A stretch of 64,000 nucleotides of DNA from Clostridia bacterium (GCA_017623975.1 JAGANX010000037.1:310-64309), one strand, 5' to 3'; numbered from the stretch's first letter, positions 1 to 9,067 are shown. Notes: generated by a model not told the origin, from the sequence alone. Numbers and translations are program-made.

Positions 1-2111
1 GCTTCATACTCTTGAATATAGGAGTATTCAGTCACCTCATCCTTTGTTACCTTTACATATGCACCGATTGCTATTTTAGCAGATTTTTGCGCGTCTGTTT
101 CCAAGCCGATAATTTTAAGCTCAAAGGCTACTAACTCTTGGTTGTAAATCTTCCAGCTTATAACACCGTTTGCTTTATTTCCGTTTTCATCAAAAATATC
201 GCTTTCGCCAAGTACGCCCTGTGCCACTGCAAACACACCGTACGTTACTTCTTTACCTGTATTTTCCTCATATGCGCTAATAGCCTCTTTGTTTACCACA
301 AAGCCAATTGTCATACTGTTAGCATCATTTTCCATAGTAGATGTACCAAGACAAACAAACAATGGGCTTACAGTGGATTTTTGATTATATGTACAGCCTT
401 CCTTGTTGCAGGTTATAATTTTGCTGCCTGCTGTGTAGTAATTTACATAGGAAATTGCTTCGCTGTATTCATGTGCTCCGTTATAGAACGCATCACACAA
501 GGCATATCCTGATATTACGTGCCTACCGCTTGCATAAGCATCCTTGTTTGAATTATACGCTTCTAATGTTACAATATCAGTAGTGTCATCCGCTTTAACA
601 CCTGCCAAAACTGTGTTAAGATAAGTTTCATCACTGCTTGTTACAAAGAAACAGATGTTATTTACATACCTGTTATTAAACGCATTCGCAGTAATGCTTG
701 TAAGTGTGCTTGGTAAATAAACCGCTTTAATTCTGCCACAGTTTACAAATGCTTCTGTACCGATTGTTTCAAGGTTAACGCTTAAAATGAAGTTTTCGGC
801 ACCGCAGTCAGCAAAGCCGTATTGACCAATGGATTTAACAGTGCTTGGCAATTTTACGGTTTCAACCTGCCATTTGCTTTGATATCTGAACATAGAACTT
901 GGAATCAATGTTATTGATGTGTTTTCAAGTCCTGTAACGCTTTCCAAGGAATTACCGCAGAAATGGTTGTTGCCGTTTAATGTAGTCAATGTGCTTGGGA
1001 AGGAAAGAGTTTTAATACCTGAACTATTGCAAACGCAGTTACCAAGTGTTGTAACACCGTATGGAATATCCAAAGCAACCAATGCTGAACAGTTTTCAAA
1101 GGCTGCTTGGTCAATTACCGCATTCTCCCCTGCGTTACCCATAAATGTAACAGTTGTAAGCTGCTTGCAGTTTTGGAATGCATAATCATCTATCAATGTA
1201 AAGCCGGCAGGGATAGTAACGCTTGTCAAGCTTCCACAGCTGTAAAATGCCTTGGTGCTTACTGTTTTAAGTGTTGACGGTAAAGCAACGGTTGTAACAG
1301 CAGTACCCTCAAAGGCTCTGCTGCCCAAGCTTGTCAAATTCTCGGAGAATTTAACTGTTGCAAGGCTGCCGCAGGATGTAAATGCCTCATTGCCTATTGT
1401 TTGCACTGTATCGGGAATTGTAATGCTAACAAGTCCGTCACAATCATAAAACATACCGCCGCTAATAGTTGTAAGCGAGCCCAAATCAACATTTGCTAAT
1501 TTAGGGCAGGTGGAAAATACGGATGTGCCGATTGATGTAACATTGCCTTCAAACTTAACTGAAACAAGATTTTGACATTTTGCAAATACGCTGTTATAAA
1601 GTTTATTAACAGTGGATGGTATTACAATGCTTTCAAAGCCTGTGTTTTCAAATGCGTTGTCACCAAGTGATGTTGCATTACCGAAATCAAAGGAGTTAAG
1701 GGAGGTAAAGCCCTTAAATAATCCGGTGGGAACGGCATTATCCATTGCCTTGTCTTGTGTAAACCACTTAACCTCTGTACACTTAGTAAAGGGTGAGGCG
1801 GGCTGGTTCATTCTGTTCACAGGTGTGTTTGAGCCGTAAACCTTGGTAACAGAAAAGTCAAGACCTGTTACCTGTGTCATGTCAACCTCTTGTGTAAAAT
1901 CCACATCGGAATAAAATTTATATTCCTTAAAGTTTATTCTCGGATGGCTGTCGCTTTCAGCATTCTGGGTATAGACTGTTATGTAACTGTCGCTACCTTC
2001 AAATCTTGCGCCGAATTCAATGTAGTCACTCGGTGTTTCTGCGCTTACCGAAATTGCAAAAACGCAAGTAAGCAATAACACAAGGGACAAAATGGTTAAT
2101 AATTTTTTCAT
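1..2111 (-). CDS. Secreted BspA-type leucine-rich-repeat surface protein (N-terminal ~703 aa; C-terminus lies beyond the window start)
   Basis: Not in the ORF track because no stop codon falls inside the window. Hand translation of the reverse complement from ATG 2111-2109 (GGAGAA RBS at 2121-2116) gives the signal peptide MKKLLTILSLVLLLTCVFAISVSA. Repeated ~23-25 aa units follow (AFxxCxxLxxVxxPxxVxxIG) and the frame stays open to nt 1. Confidence 0.8.
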   Translation of the reverse strand, partial: MKKLLTILSLVLLLTCVFAISVSAETPSDYIEFGARFEGSDSYITVYTQNAESDSHPRINFKEYKFYSDVDFTQEVDMTQVTGLDFSVTKVYGSNTPVNRMNQPASPFTKCTEVKWFTQDKAMDNAVPTGLFKGFTSLNSFDFGNATSLGDNAFENTGFESIVIPSTVNKLYNSVFAKCQNLVSVKFEGNVTSIGTSVFSTCPKLANVDLGSLTTISGGMFYDCDGLVSITIPDTVQTIGNEAFTSCGSLATVKFSENLTSLGSRAFEGTAVTTVALPSTLKTVSTKAFYSCGSLTSVTIPAGFTLIDDYAFQNCKQLTTVTFMGNAGENAVIDQAAFENCSALVALDIPYGVTTLGNCVCNSSGIKTLSFPSTLTTLNGNNHFCGNSLESVTGLENTSITLIPSSMFRYQSKWQVETVKLPSTVKSIGQYGFADCGAENFILSVNLETIGTEAFVNCGRIKAVYLPSTLTSITANAFNNRYVNNICFFVTSSDETYLNTVLAGVKADDTTDIVTLEAYNSNKDAYASGRHVISGYALCDAFYNGAHEYSEAISYVNYYTAGSKIITCNKEGCTYNQKSTVSPLFVCLGTSTMENDANSMTIGFVVNKEAISAYEENTGKEVTYGVFAVAQGVLGESDIFDENGNKANGVISWKIYNQELVAFELKIIGLETDAQKSAKIAIGAYVKVTKDEVTEYSYIQEYE

Positions 2112-2151
2112 ACTGTTCTCCTTTTCTAATATATATCGTCAAAGATATATA

Positions 2152-2240
2152 CTTCTTTATTTCTTTTTTTATTTCTTTTTCTCTTTTTTCTTTTGCTACT
2201 TTTCTTTTTTCGCTTTTTCTTTTTTGTTTCTTTTTTCTTA
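2152..2240. repeat. ~90-nt polypyrimidine (+) / polypurine (-) tract upstream of the LRR gene
   Basis: The + strand reads cttctttatttctttttttatttctttttctcttttttcttttgctacttttcttttttcgctttttcttttttgtttcttttttctta, almost only C/T. It lies 40-130 nt upstream of the minus-strand ATG at 2111. Confidence 0.7.
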
Positions 2241-2273
2241 GGTTGAACCTTTGGTTGAACCTATGGTTGAACC
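2241..2273. repeat. Three tandem copies of the near-palindrome GGTTGAACC with a 12-bp period (candidate operator or iteron-like site)
   Basis: Read directly: ggttgaacc ttt ggttgaacc tat ggttgaacc at 2241-2249, 2253-2261 and 2265-2273. The array sits ~130-160 nt upstream of the minus-strand LRR gene start. Confidence 0.6.
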
Positions 2274-2587
2274 GTATGCTATATAGTAGTTTGAAGCGTT
2301 GCTTCAAGCAAAGCTAATAACGATGTTGCGATAAATTTGCAAATATTTTCTTTTCAAAGAAAAGAGGGGCAGTTAGGGGCACTTTTTTCTGATATAATCA
2401 AAGTAAAGAAATAAATTTATCTCTTAAAAAATGGGATATTCCGCTTTTTCGTTGGCTTCATAAAATGCTCCATTAAACATCTATTTTCTATATTTTAACA
2501 CATTTGCAATGTAACAGTCAATATTTTTTGTTAATAATTATTAATCTTGCGTATAAAATGCTCTTGATGCAAAAGCAACCGCCAATA

Positions 2588-3190
2588 TTAAAGAACCGTT
2601 TCCAAATATGATTTTAACTTTTTCGCATCACCGTCAAAAATATAACCGTTCAAACCAAATTCTATTGACGATTTTATGTTGTTTTCGTTATCGTCAACAA
2701 AAACGGTTTCCTTTGGGTCAAGATTATATTTTTTGCACATATAGTCAAAAATGCGGTAGTCAGGCTTGGTTATGCCTATTCTTGCAGAAAATACACATCC
2801 GTCAGCGTAGTTTAAAATATCAATTTCGTGGCTGTGGTCGGCAAAGTAGTGAGAAATGTTGGAAAGAACAAAAACCCCTGTCCCGTATCTTTCTTTTATA
2901 TATTTTATAAGCTCCTTCATTCCGTCAATTTCGGGAATATTGTATATCCAATTCCAGTGTATTTTTTCTGCCGCATCCCACAAGCGTTTAGGCAATCTTT
3001 CACGACACAGCTCAATAGTTTCCTTGTCTGTTATAGTACCTAAATCGAGTTTGTCCCAGTAAAGACGGTCAAAAACAACATCCGAAAGAAGCTTAACATC
3101 ATTCTCATTTTCCACATACTGCCTTACCATATATTCAGGCTCAAAGCGGACAAGCACTTGTCCAAAATCAAAAATTACGTTCTTAATCAT
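2588..3190 (-). CDS. HAD-superfamily hydrolase (subfamily IA, YihX-like phosphatase type)
   Basis: 200 aa. N-terminal motif I is VIFDFGQVLV; later motifs are LSNIS and VFVDDNENN. The start overlaps the mntP stop (ATGA at 3187-3190). Confidence 0.75.
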   Translation of the reverse strand: MIKNVIFDFGQVLVRFEPEYMVRQYVENENDVKLLSDVVFDRLYWDKLDLGTITDKETIELCRERLPKRLWDAAEKIHWNWIYNIPEIDGMKELIKYIKERYGTGVFVLSNISHYFADHSHEIDILNYADGCVFSARIGITKPDYRIFDYMCKKYNLDPKETVFVDDNENNIKSSIEFGLNGYIFDGDAKKLKSYLETVL

Positions 3191-3765
3191 CCTATTAACC
3201 CCGTTATAAAAATCTCAATGCCGATAGCAATTAAAATGATTCCGCCAAAAATTGTTGCTTTTGTTGAAAGTTTAGTGCCAAAGGTTTTACCAATAACAAC
3301 ACCACCCAAGCAAATTCCAAACGTTAAAGCAGTAATTATCAAAATCGCCGTTAATGCCTGCCAAATATTATGCTCTGCAATAGTGAAGCCAACACTTAAC
3401 GCATCTATTGATGTAGCGACACCCTGTATCAAAAGGGCAATAATGCCGACCCTTTGCGGCTCATCCCCTTCCTTGTGCATAATGCCGTCAAGAAGCATTT
3501 TGCCGCCTATAAGCAATAGTAAAATTAGGGCAATCCACGGTATATATTTTTCAAAAGCGGAGAATTTTTCAAGGATTGTGTGTACGCACACCCAACCTAT
3601 AAGTGGCATAAGCCCTTGGAAAAAGGCAAATATGCCTGCTATACCAAGCATTTTTCCCTTTTTCATCCCTTGCTCATTAAGTCCGTTTGCAAGGGAAACG
3701 GAGAATGCATCCATAGCAAGCCCTATGCCTAAAAGGATACATTCCAAGAAAAACATAAAATTCAT
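3187..3765 (-). CDS. mntP: Manganese efflux pump MntP
   Basis: 192 aa, multi-TM. LGIGLAMDAFSVSLANG and a second GVATSIDALSVGF half are the characteristic duplicated MntP/DUF204 motifs. Confidence 0.85.
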   Translation of the reverse strand: MNFMFFLECILLGIGLAMDAFSVSLANGLNEQGMKKGKMLGIAGIFAFFQGLMPLIGWVCVHTILEKFSAFEKYIPWIALILLLLIGGKMLLDGIMHKEGDEPQRVGIIALLIQGVATSIDALSVGFTIAEHNIWQALTAILIITALTFGICLGGVVIGKTFGTKLSTKATIFGGIILIAIGIEIFITGLIG

Positions 3766-3766
3766 A

Positions 3767-5401
3767 TCAATACTTTTCCTCGTCAGGTGTGTTTAATTCA
3801 TAATAATATTCAAGCAGCTCGTGAGAATATTCCTCTATTCTGCCAAAGGGTAAAATAAGCATACGGCTAATACCGATTTGCTCAACAAAGGAAGGATTGT
3901 GGCTGACAACTATAATCGTACCTTCAAAAAGGTTAAAGTTGCCGCCTATAACCTTTTGTGTTTCCGGGTCTAAATGGTTTGTCGGCTCGTCAAGTATCAA
4001 AAGGTTTGCTTTTTCCAAAAGAACCTTGCAAAGGGCTACCCTTGCTTTTTCGCCGGGAGACAAAACCTTTACCTTTTTATTTACATCATCCTCATAGAAA
4101 AGAAAGTTAGATAAAGCACCACGGAGTTGCCACTCTGTATATTTATCTCCGTCAACATTTTGGAGTATTGTTTTTTCAGGGTCTAACTGTTCAAGCTCCT
4201 GTGCGTAATAGGCAATGTCTGTTTTGTCATTATATCGAATTTTGCCACCCTGTGGCTGTAAAATATTCATTATAAGCTTTAAAAGTGTAGATTTACCAAC
4301 ACCGTTTTCACCCACAACCAAAAACCTCTCGCCCCCATTTATTTTAAAGGACAGGTCTTTATAAAGGAGTGGCTGGTCGGGATAGGCGAATTTCAAATTC
4401 TCCACTTCAAGAGGGATTTTTGCCCCCTCTCGCCTTGGCTTGATATCCATTTTAACTCGCTTGTAGGTTTTTAAGCGGGTTAGCATTTCCGCCCTCTTTT
4501 TTTCAAGACGAAGGGCGCGCTCCTGTCCCATACGCTTCAAGGCGTGGTTGGTTTGGCTCGCCTGCTTTGCACGAAGGACAAATTCCTCCAAGGTTTTTAT
4601 TTCCTTTTCCTGCTGTACAATTGTCATTTCACGCAGGCGCATTTCCTCGGCGTATTTCTTTTGATATGTAGTATAGTCACCGTCATACATTTGTATTTTG
4701 TGGGTGATTTTATTTATGAGCATTGTTTTGTTTATGACTTGGTTTAAAAACTCAACATCGTGGCTGATAATAAGCACCATTCCGTTATAATTTTTAAGGT
4801 ATTTGGTTATGTAGTCCTTGGTTAATACATCTAAGTGGTTTGTGGGCTCGTCAAGAAGCAAAATTTCAGATTTGGAAAAAAGGAGCTGGCAAAATGCCAT
4901 TTTAGACTTTTGTCCGCCCGAAAGCTCACTCATTGGGCGTTCAAGCAAATCAAGGTCGATGCCCATTTCATCAATCAAATCAAATAAAATATCCTCAGCA
5001 TCGTAGCAGTCGTAATATTCAAGTAGCTCTTGCACCTTGCCCATACGGCGCAACAGCCTTTCTTGCTCCTCATTTTGTGCGGTTTCAAGCCTTACATAAA
5101 TGTCATTAAGCTCATTTTCAAGCTTCTTAATCGGACGCCCTGCACGAAGGTAGTCCCAAACGGTTTGGCTCTCATCCTCCACCACAATTTCCTGTGGCAA
5201 ATAGCCGATATAATTGCTCGTTGAGATAAAACCGCTATCAAGCTCCTGCTGCCCCAAAAGTACCTTGAAAAGGGTGGTCTTACCTGCACCGTTTACGCCA
5301 ACGATACCCACCTTGTCACGGTCGCTTATCACAAACTCCGCATCATCAAAAATAGTCTCCACGCCAAAGGCAAGAAACATATTTTTCCCACGCATAGCCA
5401 T
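3767..5401 (-). CDS. ABC-F family ATPase (two ABC cassettes, no TM domain; translation-factor type)
   Basis: 544 aa. Two Walker A motifs (GVNGAGKTT, GENGVGKST), two LSGG signatures (LSGGQKSK, LSPGEKAR) and a charged inter-domain linker. GGAGG RBS lies 8 nt before the ATG at 5401. Confidence 0.85.
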   Translation of the reverse strand: MAMRGKNMFLAFGVETIFDDAEFVISDRDKVGIVGVNGAGKTTLFKVLLGQQELDSGFISTSNYIGYLPQEIVVEDESQTVWDYLRAGRPIKKLENELNDIYVRLETAQNEEQERLLRRMGKVQELLEYYDCYDAEDILFDLIDEMGIDLDLLERPMSELSGGQKSKMAFCQLLFSKSEILLLDEPTNHLDVLTKDYITKYLKNYNGMVLIISHDVEFLNQVINKTMLINKITHKIQMYDGDYTTYQKKYAEEMRLREMTIVQQEKEIKTLEEFVLRAKQASQTNHALKRMGQERALRLEKKRAEMLTRLKTYKRVKMDIKPRREGAKIPLEVENLKFAYPDQPLLYKDLSFKINGGERFLVVGENGVGKSTLLKLIMNILQPQGGKIRYNDKTDIAYYAQELEQLDPEKTILQNVDGDKYTEWQLRGALSNFLFYEDDVNKKVKVLSPGEKARVALCKVLLEKANLLILDEPTNHLDPETQKVIGGNFNLFEGTIIVVSHNPSFVEQIGISRMLILPFGRIEEYSHELLEYYYELNTPDEEKY

Positions 5402-5431
5402 AGTTTTACCTCCTTTGCAAATATTTCTTTT

Positions 5432-5460
5432 ATTCTATCACAATTATATGTTCTTTTCAA
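5432..5460 (-). promoter_or_regulatory. Sigma-A-type promoter for the ABC-F/mntP/HAD unit
   Basis: Minus strand reads TTGAAA, a 17-nt spacer, then TAGAAT. It lies between the pheT terminator and the ABC-F RBS. Confidence 0.5.
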
Positions 5461-5463
5461 CAG

Positions 5464-5488
5464 AAAAAGGGCGAAAGCTTCGCCCTCT
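5464..5488 (-). terminator. Intrinsic terminator after pheT
   Basis: Minus strand reads AGAGGGCGAAGCTTTCGCCCTTTTT: a GC-rich hairpin plus T-run beginning 7 nt after the pheT stop. Confidence 0.75.
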
Positions 5489-5494
5489 TTAATG

Positions 5495-7855
5495 TTATTG
5501 CTTCATTTCGATGCCTTGGTTTTTTAGAATTGCGATTATTTTATCAACAATTTCCATAACCTCGTCTTTTGTAAGAGTTCTTTCCTCGTGCATAAAGGTT
5601 AGGCGTACGGTGATTGATTTACCGCTTTCATCCTCGTAAGTGTCAACTACCGCTTCCTTTTTGATAAGTGGGGAATTTACTTCCTTAATAGCGGAGGCGA
5701 TTGGTGCGTACTTATCACTAACGAAGGTAACGTCAACATCAATTGTTGGATACTTTGGTGCTTCAACATAATGAATACCCTTGTTTTCTACGCTAACAAG
5801 CTTATCCATATCAATTTCCAAGAATACAATGCTTGCCTTCTTATCAATCTTCTTTGATACGGTTGGATGTACAATACCAATGTAACCAAGAGAAACGCCG
5901 CCACACAAAATCTCGTTATAATTTCTTGGGTGGATATAGTTAAGCGTTGTCTCAGCACTCTTATATTCAAGGGATTGATGTTTAACATCATCAACTATGC
6001 TTGAAAGGATAGTTGCAAGGTCATAGTAAAGAGTTGCCACATCCTTTGTCTTTGAGAAAAGAGTTACACAAAGCTTCTTTTCCTCCTTGCAAAGTCCGTT
6101 TTCCTTTAAGCCGTTTACAACTCTTGCAATTTCAAACACGCCAAAATCAGCAGCGTAAGAGGTATTGGACTTAACCTGGCAAAGCTGGTTTGGTACCATG
6201 GATTTTCTTATAGTTTCAATATTGGGGTTTGTAGCATTTAAAAGCTTAATATTGTTTTCAATTTCAATGCCAAGCTTCTTTTGCTCATCTGTATATGCCC
6301 AAATATATGAATGTACCTCGTGCAAGCCAAAGGATTTAACAAGGATATCCTTAACCTGCTCGTCAGTTGTTTTTTCAAGGAATGCGCGTACAGGGAACAA
6401 GGGTGCTACGGTTGTATTGATATTAAAGTTATCATAACCGTAAATACGGGTGATTTCTTCAATAATGTCAGCCTTCAAGGTAACGTCCTTTGTTGCTCTC
6501 CAAGAGGGAACGTCAACTGTAAAGCTGTCATTTTCCACCCTTACGCCAAAGCCAAGGGCAGTTAAGGTATTAACTATTGTGTCGTTTGAAATTTCAATAC
6601 CTGTGTATCTGTCAACAAAGCTCTTGTCAAAGTTAAGAGTTACCTTGTCATACTTATAGGCATACTCATCTGTCAATGAGGATGTTACCCTTACACCGCT
6701 GTCAAAATCTGACAAGATTTTAACAAACCTTTCAATTGCCGCAACTGTAAGCTCAGGGTCAAGGCTCTTTTCATAACGCTGTGAGGCATCTGTACGGTGA
6801 GCCAAACGGGATGAGCTTTTTCTTACAGAGGAAGCATCAAAAGTAGCAGATTCAAGAGTTAAGGAGCTTGTATCTCCAACAATTTCAGAATCAAGTCCAC
6901 CCATAATACCTGCAATTGCAACAGGAGAATTATCGTTGCAAATCATAAGTGTATTTTCGTCAATATTACGTTCTACACCGTCAAGAGTTTTGAATGTAAA
7001 AGGCTTATCAAAGCGTTTAATTCTTATCTTTTCAACCTTACGGGAGTCAAAGGCGTGCATTGGTTGACCCATTTCAAGCATAATGTAGTTTGTAAGGTCA
7101 GCCAAGAAGTTAATAGCACGCATACCGCAGTAGAAAAGACGGATACGCATATTAACAGGGCTTATATGCCTTGTTATATTTTCAAATTGCAAGCAAGAAT
7201 ATCTATGGCAAAGCGGGTCCTCTATCTTCAAATCAATTTTAGGAAGATTGTTATATACGGACAAGTCTGCCTTTGGAAGCGGCTTCAATTCCCTGCCGCA
7301 GAGTGTTGCAATTTCACGGGCGATACCGTAATGACCCCACAAATCAGGGCGGTTTGTTAAGGACTTATTATCAACCTCAAAAACTATATCGTCAATTTGG
7401 TAAATTTCCTTTATATCTGTGCCAAGAGCAACATCCTCAAAAATTTCCATAATGCCGCTATTTTCATCACTTAAACCAAGCTCCTTTTCAGAGCAGCACA
7501 TACCGTGAGATGTATAGCCCGCAAGCTCACGAGGAGCAATTGTAATTTCACCGATTTGCGCGCCAAGCTTTGCAAATGCAGTTTTCATACCAACTCTAAC
7601 ATTCGGCGCTCCGCATACAACATCAACAAGGCTTTCTTCACCAATATCAACCTTCAAAAGATGAAGCTTTTTAGACTTTGGATGCTCCTCAACAGATTTA
7701 ATTTCTGCTACTACAACGCCTGATAAGTCAGAGCCCTTATAGAAAATTTCATTCTCTACTTCTGCTGTGGAAAGAGAGAATTTTTGTATTAAAGCGTTCA
7801 AGTCAACGCCGTTAAGATCGACAAAATCAGCGATCCAATTCATTGAAATTAGCAT
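5495..7855 (-). CDS. pheT: Phenylalanine--tRNA ligase beta subunit
   Basis: 786 aa. It has an N-terminal tRNA-binding (OB) region, B3/4 and B5 regions and a C-terminal FDX-ACB-like end. It lies directly downstream of pheS with a 14-nt gap. Confidence 0.95.
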   Translation of the reverse strand: MLISMNWIADFVDLNGVDLNALIQKFSLSTAEVENEIFYKGSDLSGVVVAEIKSVEEHPKSKKLHLLKVDIGEESLVDVVCGAPNVRVGMKTAFAKLGAQIGEITIAPRELAGYTSHGMCCSEKELGLSDENSGIMEIFEDVALGTDIKEIYQIDDIVFEVDNKSLTNRPDLWGHYGIAREIATLCGRELKPLPKADLSVYNNLPKIDLKIEDPLCHRYSCLQFENITRHISPVNMRIRLFYCGMRAINFLADLTNYIMLEMGQPMHAFDSRKVEKIRIKRFDKPFTFKTLDGVERNIDENTLMICNDNSPVAIAGIMGGLDSEIVGDTSSLTLESATFDASSVRKSSSRLAHRTDASQRYEKSLDPELTVAAIERFVKILSDFDSGVRVTSSLTDEYAYKYDKVTLNFDKSFVDRYTGIEISNDTIVNTLTALGFGVRVENDSFTVDVPSWRATKDVTLKADIIEEITRIYGYDNFNINTTVAPLFPVRAFLEKTTDEQVKDILVKSFGLHEVHSYIWAYTDEQKKLGIEIENNIKLLNATNPNIETIRKSMVPNQLCQVKSNTSYAADFGVFEIARVVNGLKENGLCKEEKKLCVTLFSKTKDVATLYYDLATILSSIVDDVKHQSLEYKSAETTLNYIHPRNYNEILCGGVSLGYIGIVHPTVSKKIDKKASIVFLEIDMDKLVSVENKGIHYVEAPKYPTIDVDVTFVSDKYAPIASAIKEVNSPLIKKEAVVDTYEDESGKSITVRLTFMHEERTLTKDEVMEIVDKIIAILKNQGIEMKQ

Positions 7856-7869
7856 TTCTTCTCTCCTCC

Positions 7870-8922
7870 TTATTTATCGTCAGTAAATTGGTCAAGGCTT
7901 GTTAAATTTCCGCTGTTCAAATCACGGATGTCCTTAACACCGTACTTCATCATTGCAAGACGGGTAAGACCAAGACCGAAAGCGAAGCCTGTGTATTTAT
8001 CAGGGTCAATACCGCCCTCTTTTAATACATTTGGGTGAATCATACCGCAAGGACAAAGTTCAAGCCAGCCGCTATGCTTACAGGAGGGACAACCCTCTCC
8101 ACCGCAAATTGCACAGCTTATATCAAGCTCAAATCCGGGCTCAACGAATGGGAAAAAGCCGGGACGAAGTCTAACCTTTAAATCTCTTTGGAAAACCTCG
8201 GAAAGCATTGTTTTCATAAAGAAAATGAGGTTGGAGATTGAAATGTTTTTATCAACCATAACGCCTTCCATTTGGAAGAATGTGTTTTCGTGACACGCAT
8301 CAGTTGACTCGTTTCTAAAACATCTGCCGGGGAAGATAGCGCGGATAGGTCTGCCCTCGTTAATCAAGGCATCCTTATACTTTTTATATATTGCATTTTG
8401 AGCAGCAGATGTGTGGGACTTCAAAAGCTGACCGTTTTCCAAATAATATGTGTCCTGCATATCGCGGGCAGGGTGGAACTTTGGAATATTAAGTGCCTCA
8501 AAGCACTCATAGTCAGTAACAACCTCACTGTAATCCTCAATGTTAAAGCCCATTGTACGGAACACGTTTTCACAATGGCGTTGCACCAATGTAATAGGAT
8601 GATATGAACCCTTTACCAAATGTGTTGGCACGCTTAAATCAATTTCCGGCAAGGAATTAAGCTCCCTTTCAAGCTCAATCTTATTAAGCTCCTCTATCTT
8701 ATTTGCAATCGCTTGTGATGCGTAGCCCTTCAAAACATTAACAGCCTGTCCAAAGCTCTTTTTTTCCTCAGGAGAAAGTCCTCCCATCTTTTTCAAAAGC
8801 TCAGTAATAGAACCGTTTTTACCAAGATAAGCAACACGAATATTTTCGATTTCCTGTGTAGTTGATACCCGGCTTAGCTGACCGTCAAGCTGACTTTTCA
8901 ACTCGTTTATCTGCTCGTTCAT
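7870..8922 (-). CDS. pheS: Phenylalanine--tRNA ligase alpha subunit
   Basis: 350 aa with class II aaRS motifs (FPGRCFRNE, GFAFGLGLTRLAM). GGAGG RBS precedes the ATG at 8922. Confidence 0.95.
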   Translation of the reverse strand: MNEQINELKSQLDGQLSRVSTTQEIENIRVAYLGKNGSITELLKKMGGLSPEEKKSFGQAVNVLKGYASQAIANKIEELNKIELERELNSLPEIDLSVPTHLVKGSYHPITLVQRHCENVFRTMGFNIEDYSEVVTDYECFEALNIPKFHPARDMQDTYYLENGQLLKSHTSAAQNAIYKKYKDALINEGRPIRAIFPGRCFRNESTDACHENTFFQMEGVMVDKNISISNLIFFMKTMLSEVFQRDLKVRLRPGFFPFVEPGFELDISCAICGGEGCPSCKHSGWLELCPCGMIHPNVLKEGGIDPDKYTGFAFGLGLTRLAMMKYGVKDIRDLNSGNLTSLDQFTDDK

Positions 8923-8967
8923 TCTAATCCTCCATATATAATAAAGTAAATATATTATTCAACGCAT

Positions 8968-8996
8968 AGTATAACACAAGAGAATTTGATTGTCAA
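8968..8996 (-). promoter_or_regulatory. Sigma-A-type promoter of pheST
   Basis: Minus strand reads TTGACA, a 17-nt spacer, then TATACT. This leaves only a ~40-nt leader, with no room for a T-box. Confidence 0.55.
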
Positions 8997-9008
8997 CTGT
9001 TTTGTGAC

Positions 9009-9037
9009 TTGACTATTTAATTTTTTTGGTGTAAAAT
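9009..9037 (+). promoter_or_regulatory. Sigma-A-type promoter of the MBL-fold hydrolase gene
   Basis: TTGACT, a 17-nt spacer, then TAAAAT with an upstream TG (extended -10). It is divergent from the pheS promoter. Confidence 0.5.
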
Positions 9038-9067
9038 CATATATATCTTGAAGTTTTGGAGGCGCTT

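Noticed and set aside
2026-2307. 93-aa Lys-rich ORF (KKKQKRKSEKRKVAKEKREKEIKKEIKK...) on the minus strand
   Set aside because: It is only the translation of the polypurine tract and the GGTTGAACC repeats upstream of the LRR gene. It also overlaps that gene's signal-peptide region out of frame, and it has no RBS.
3158-3796. 212-aa + strand ORF
   Set aside because: Antisense shadow of mntP, whose own product has clear family motifs. This ORF's product is low-complexity Ile/Pro/Lys-rich.
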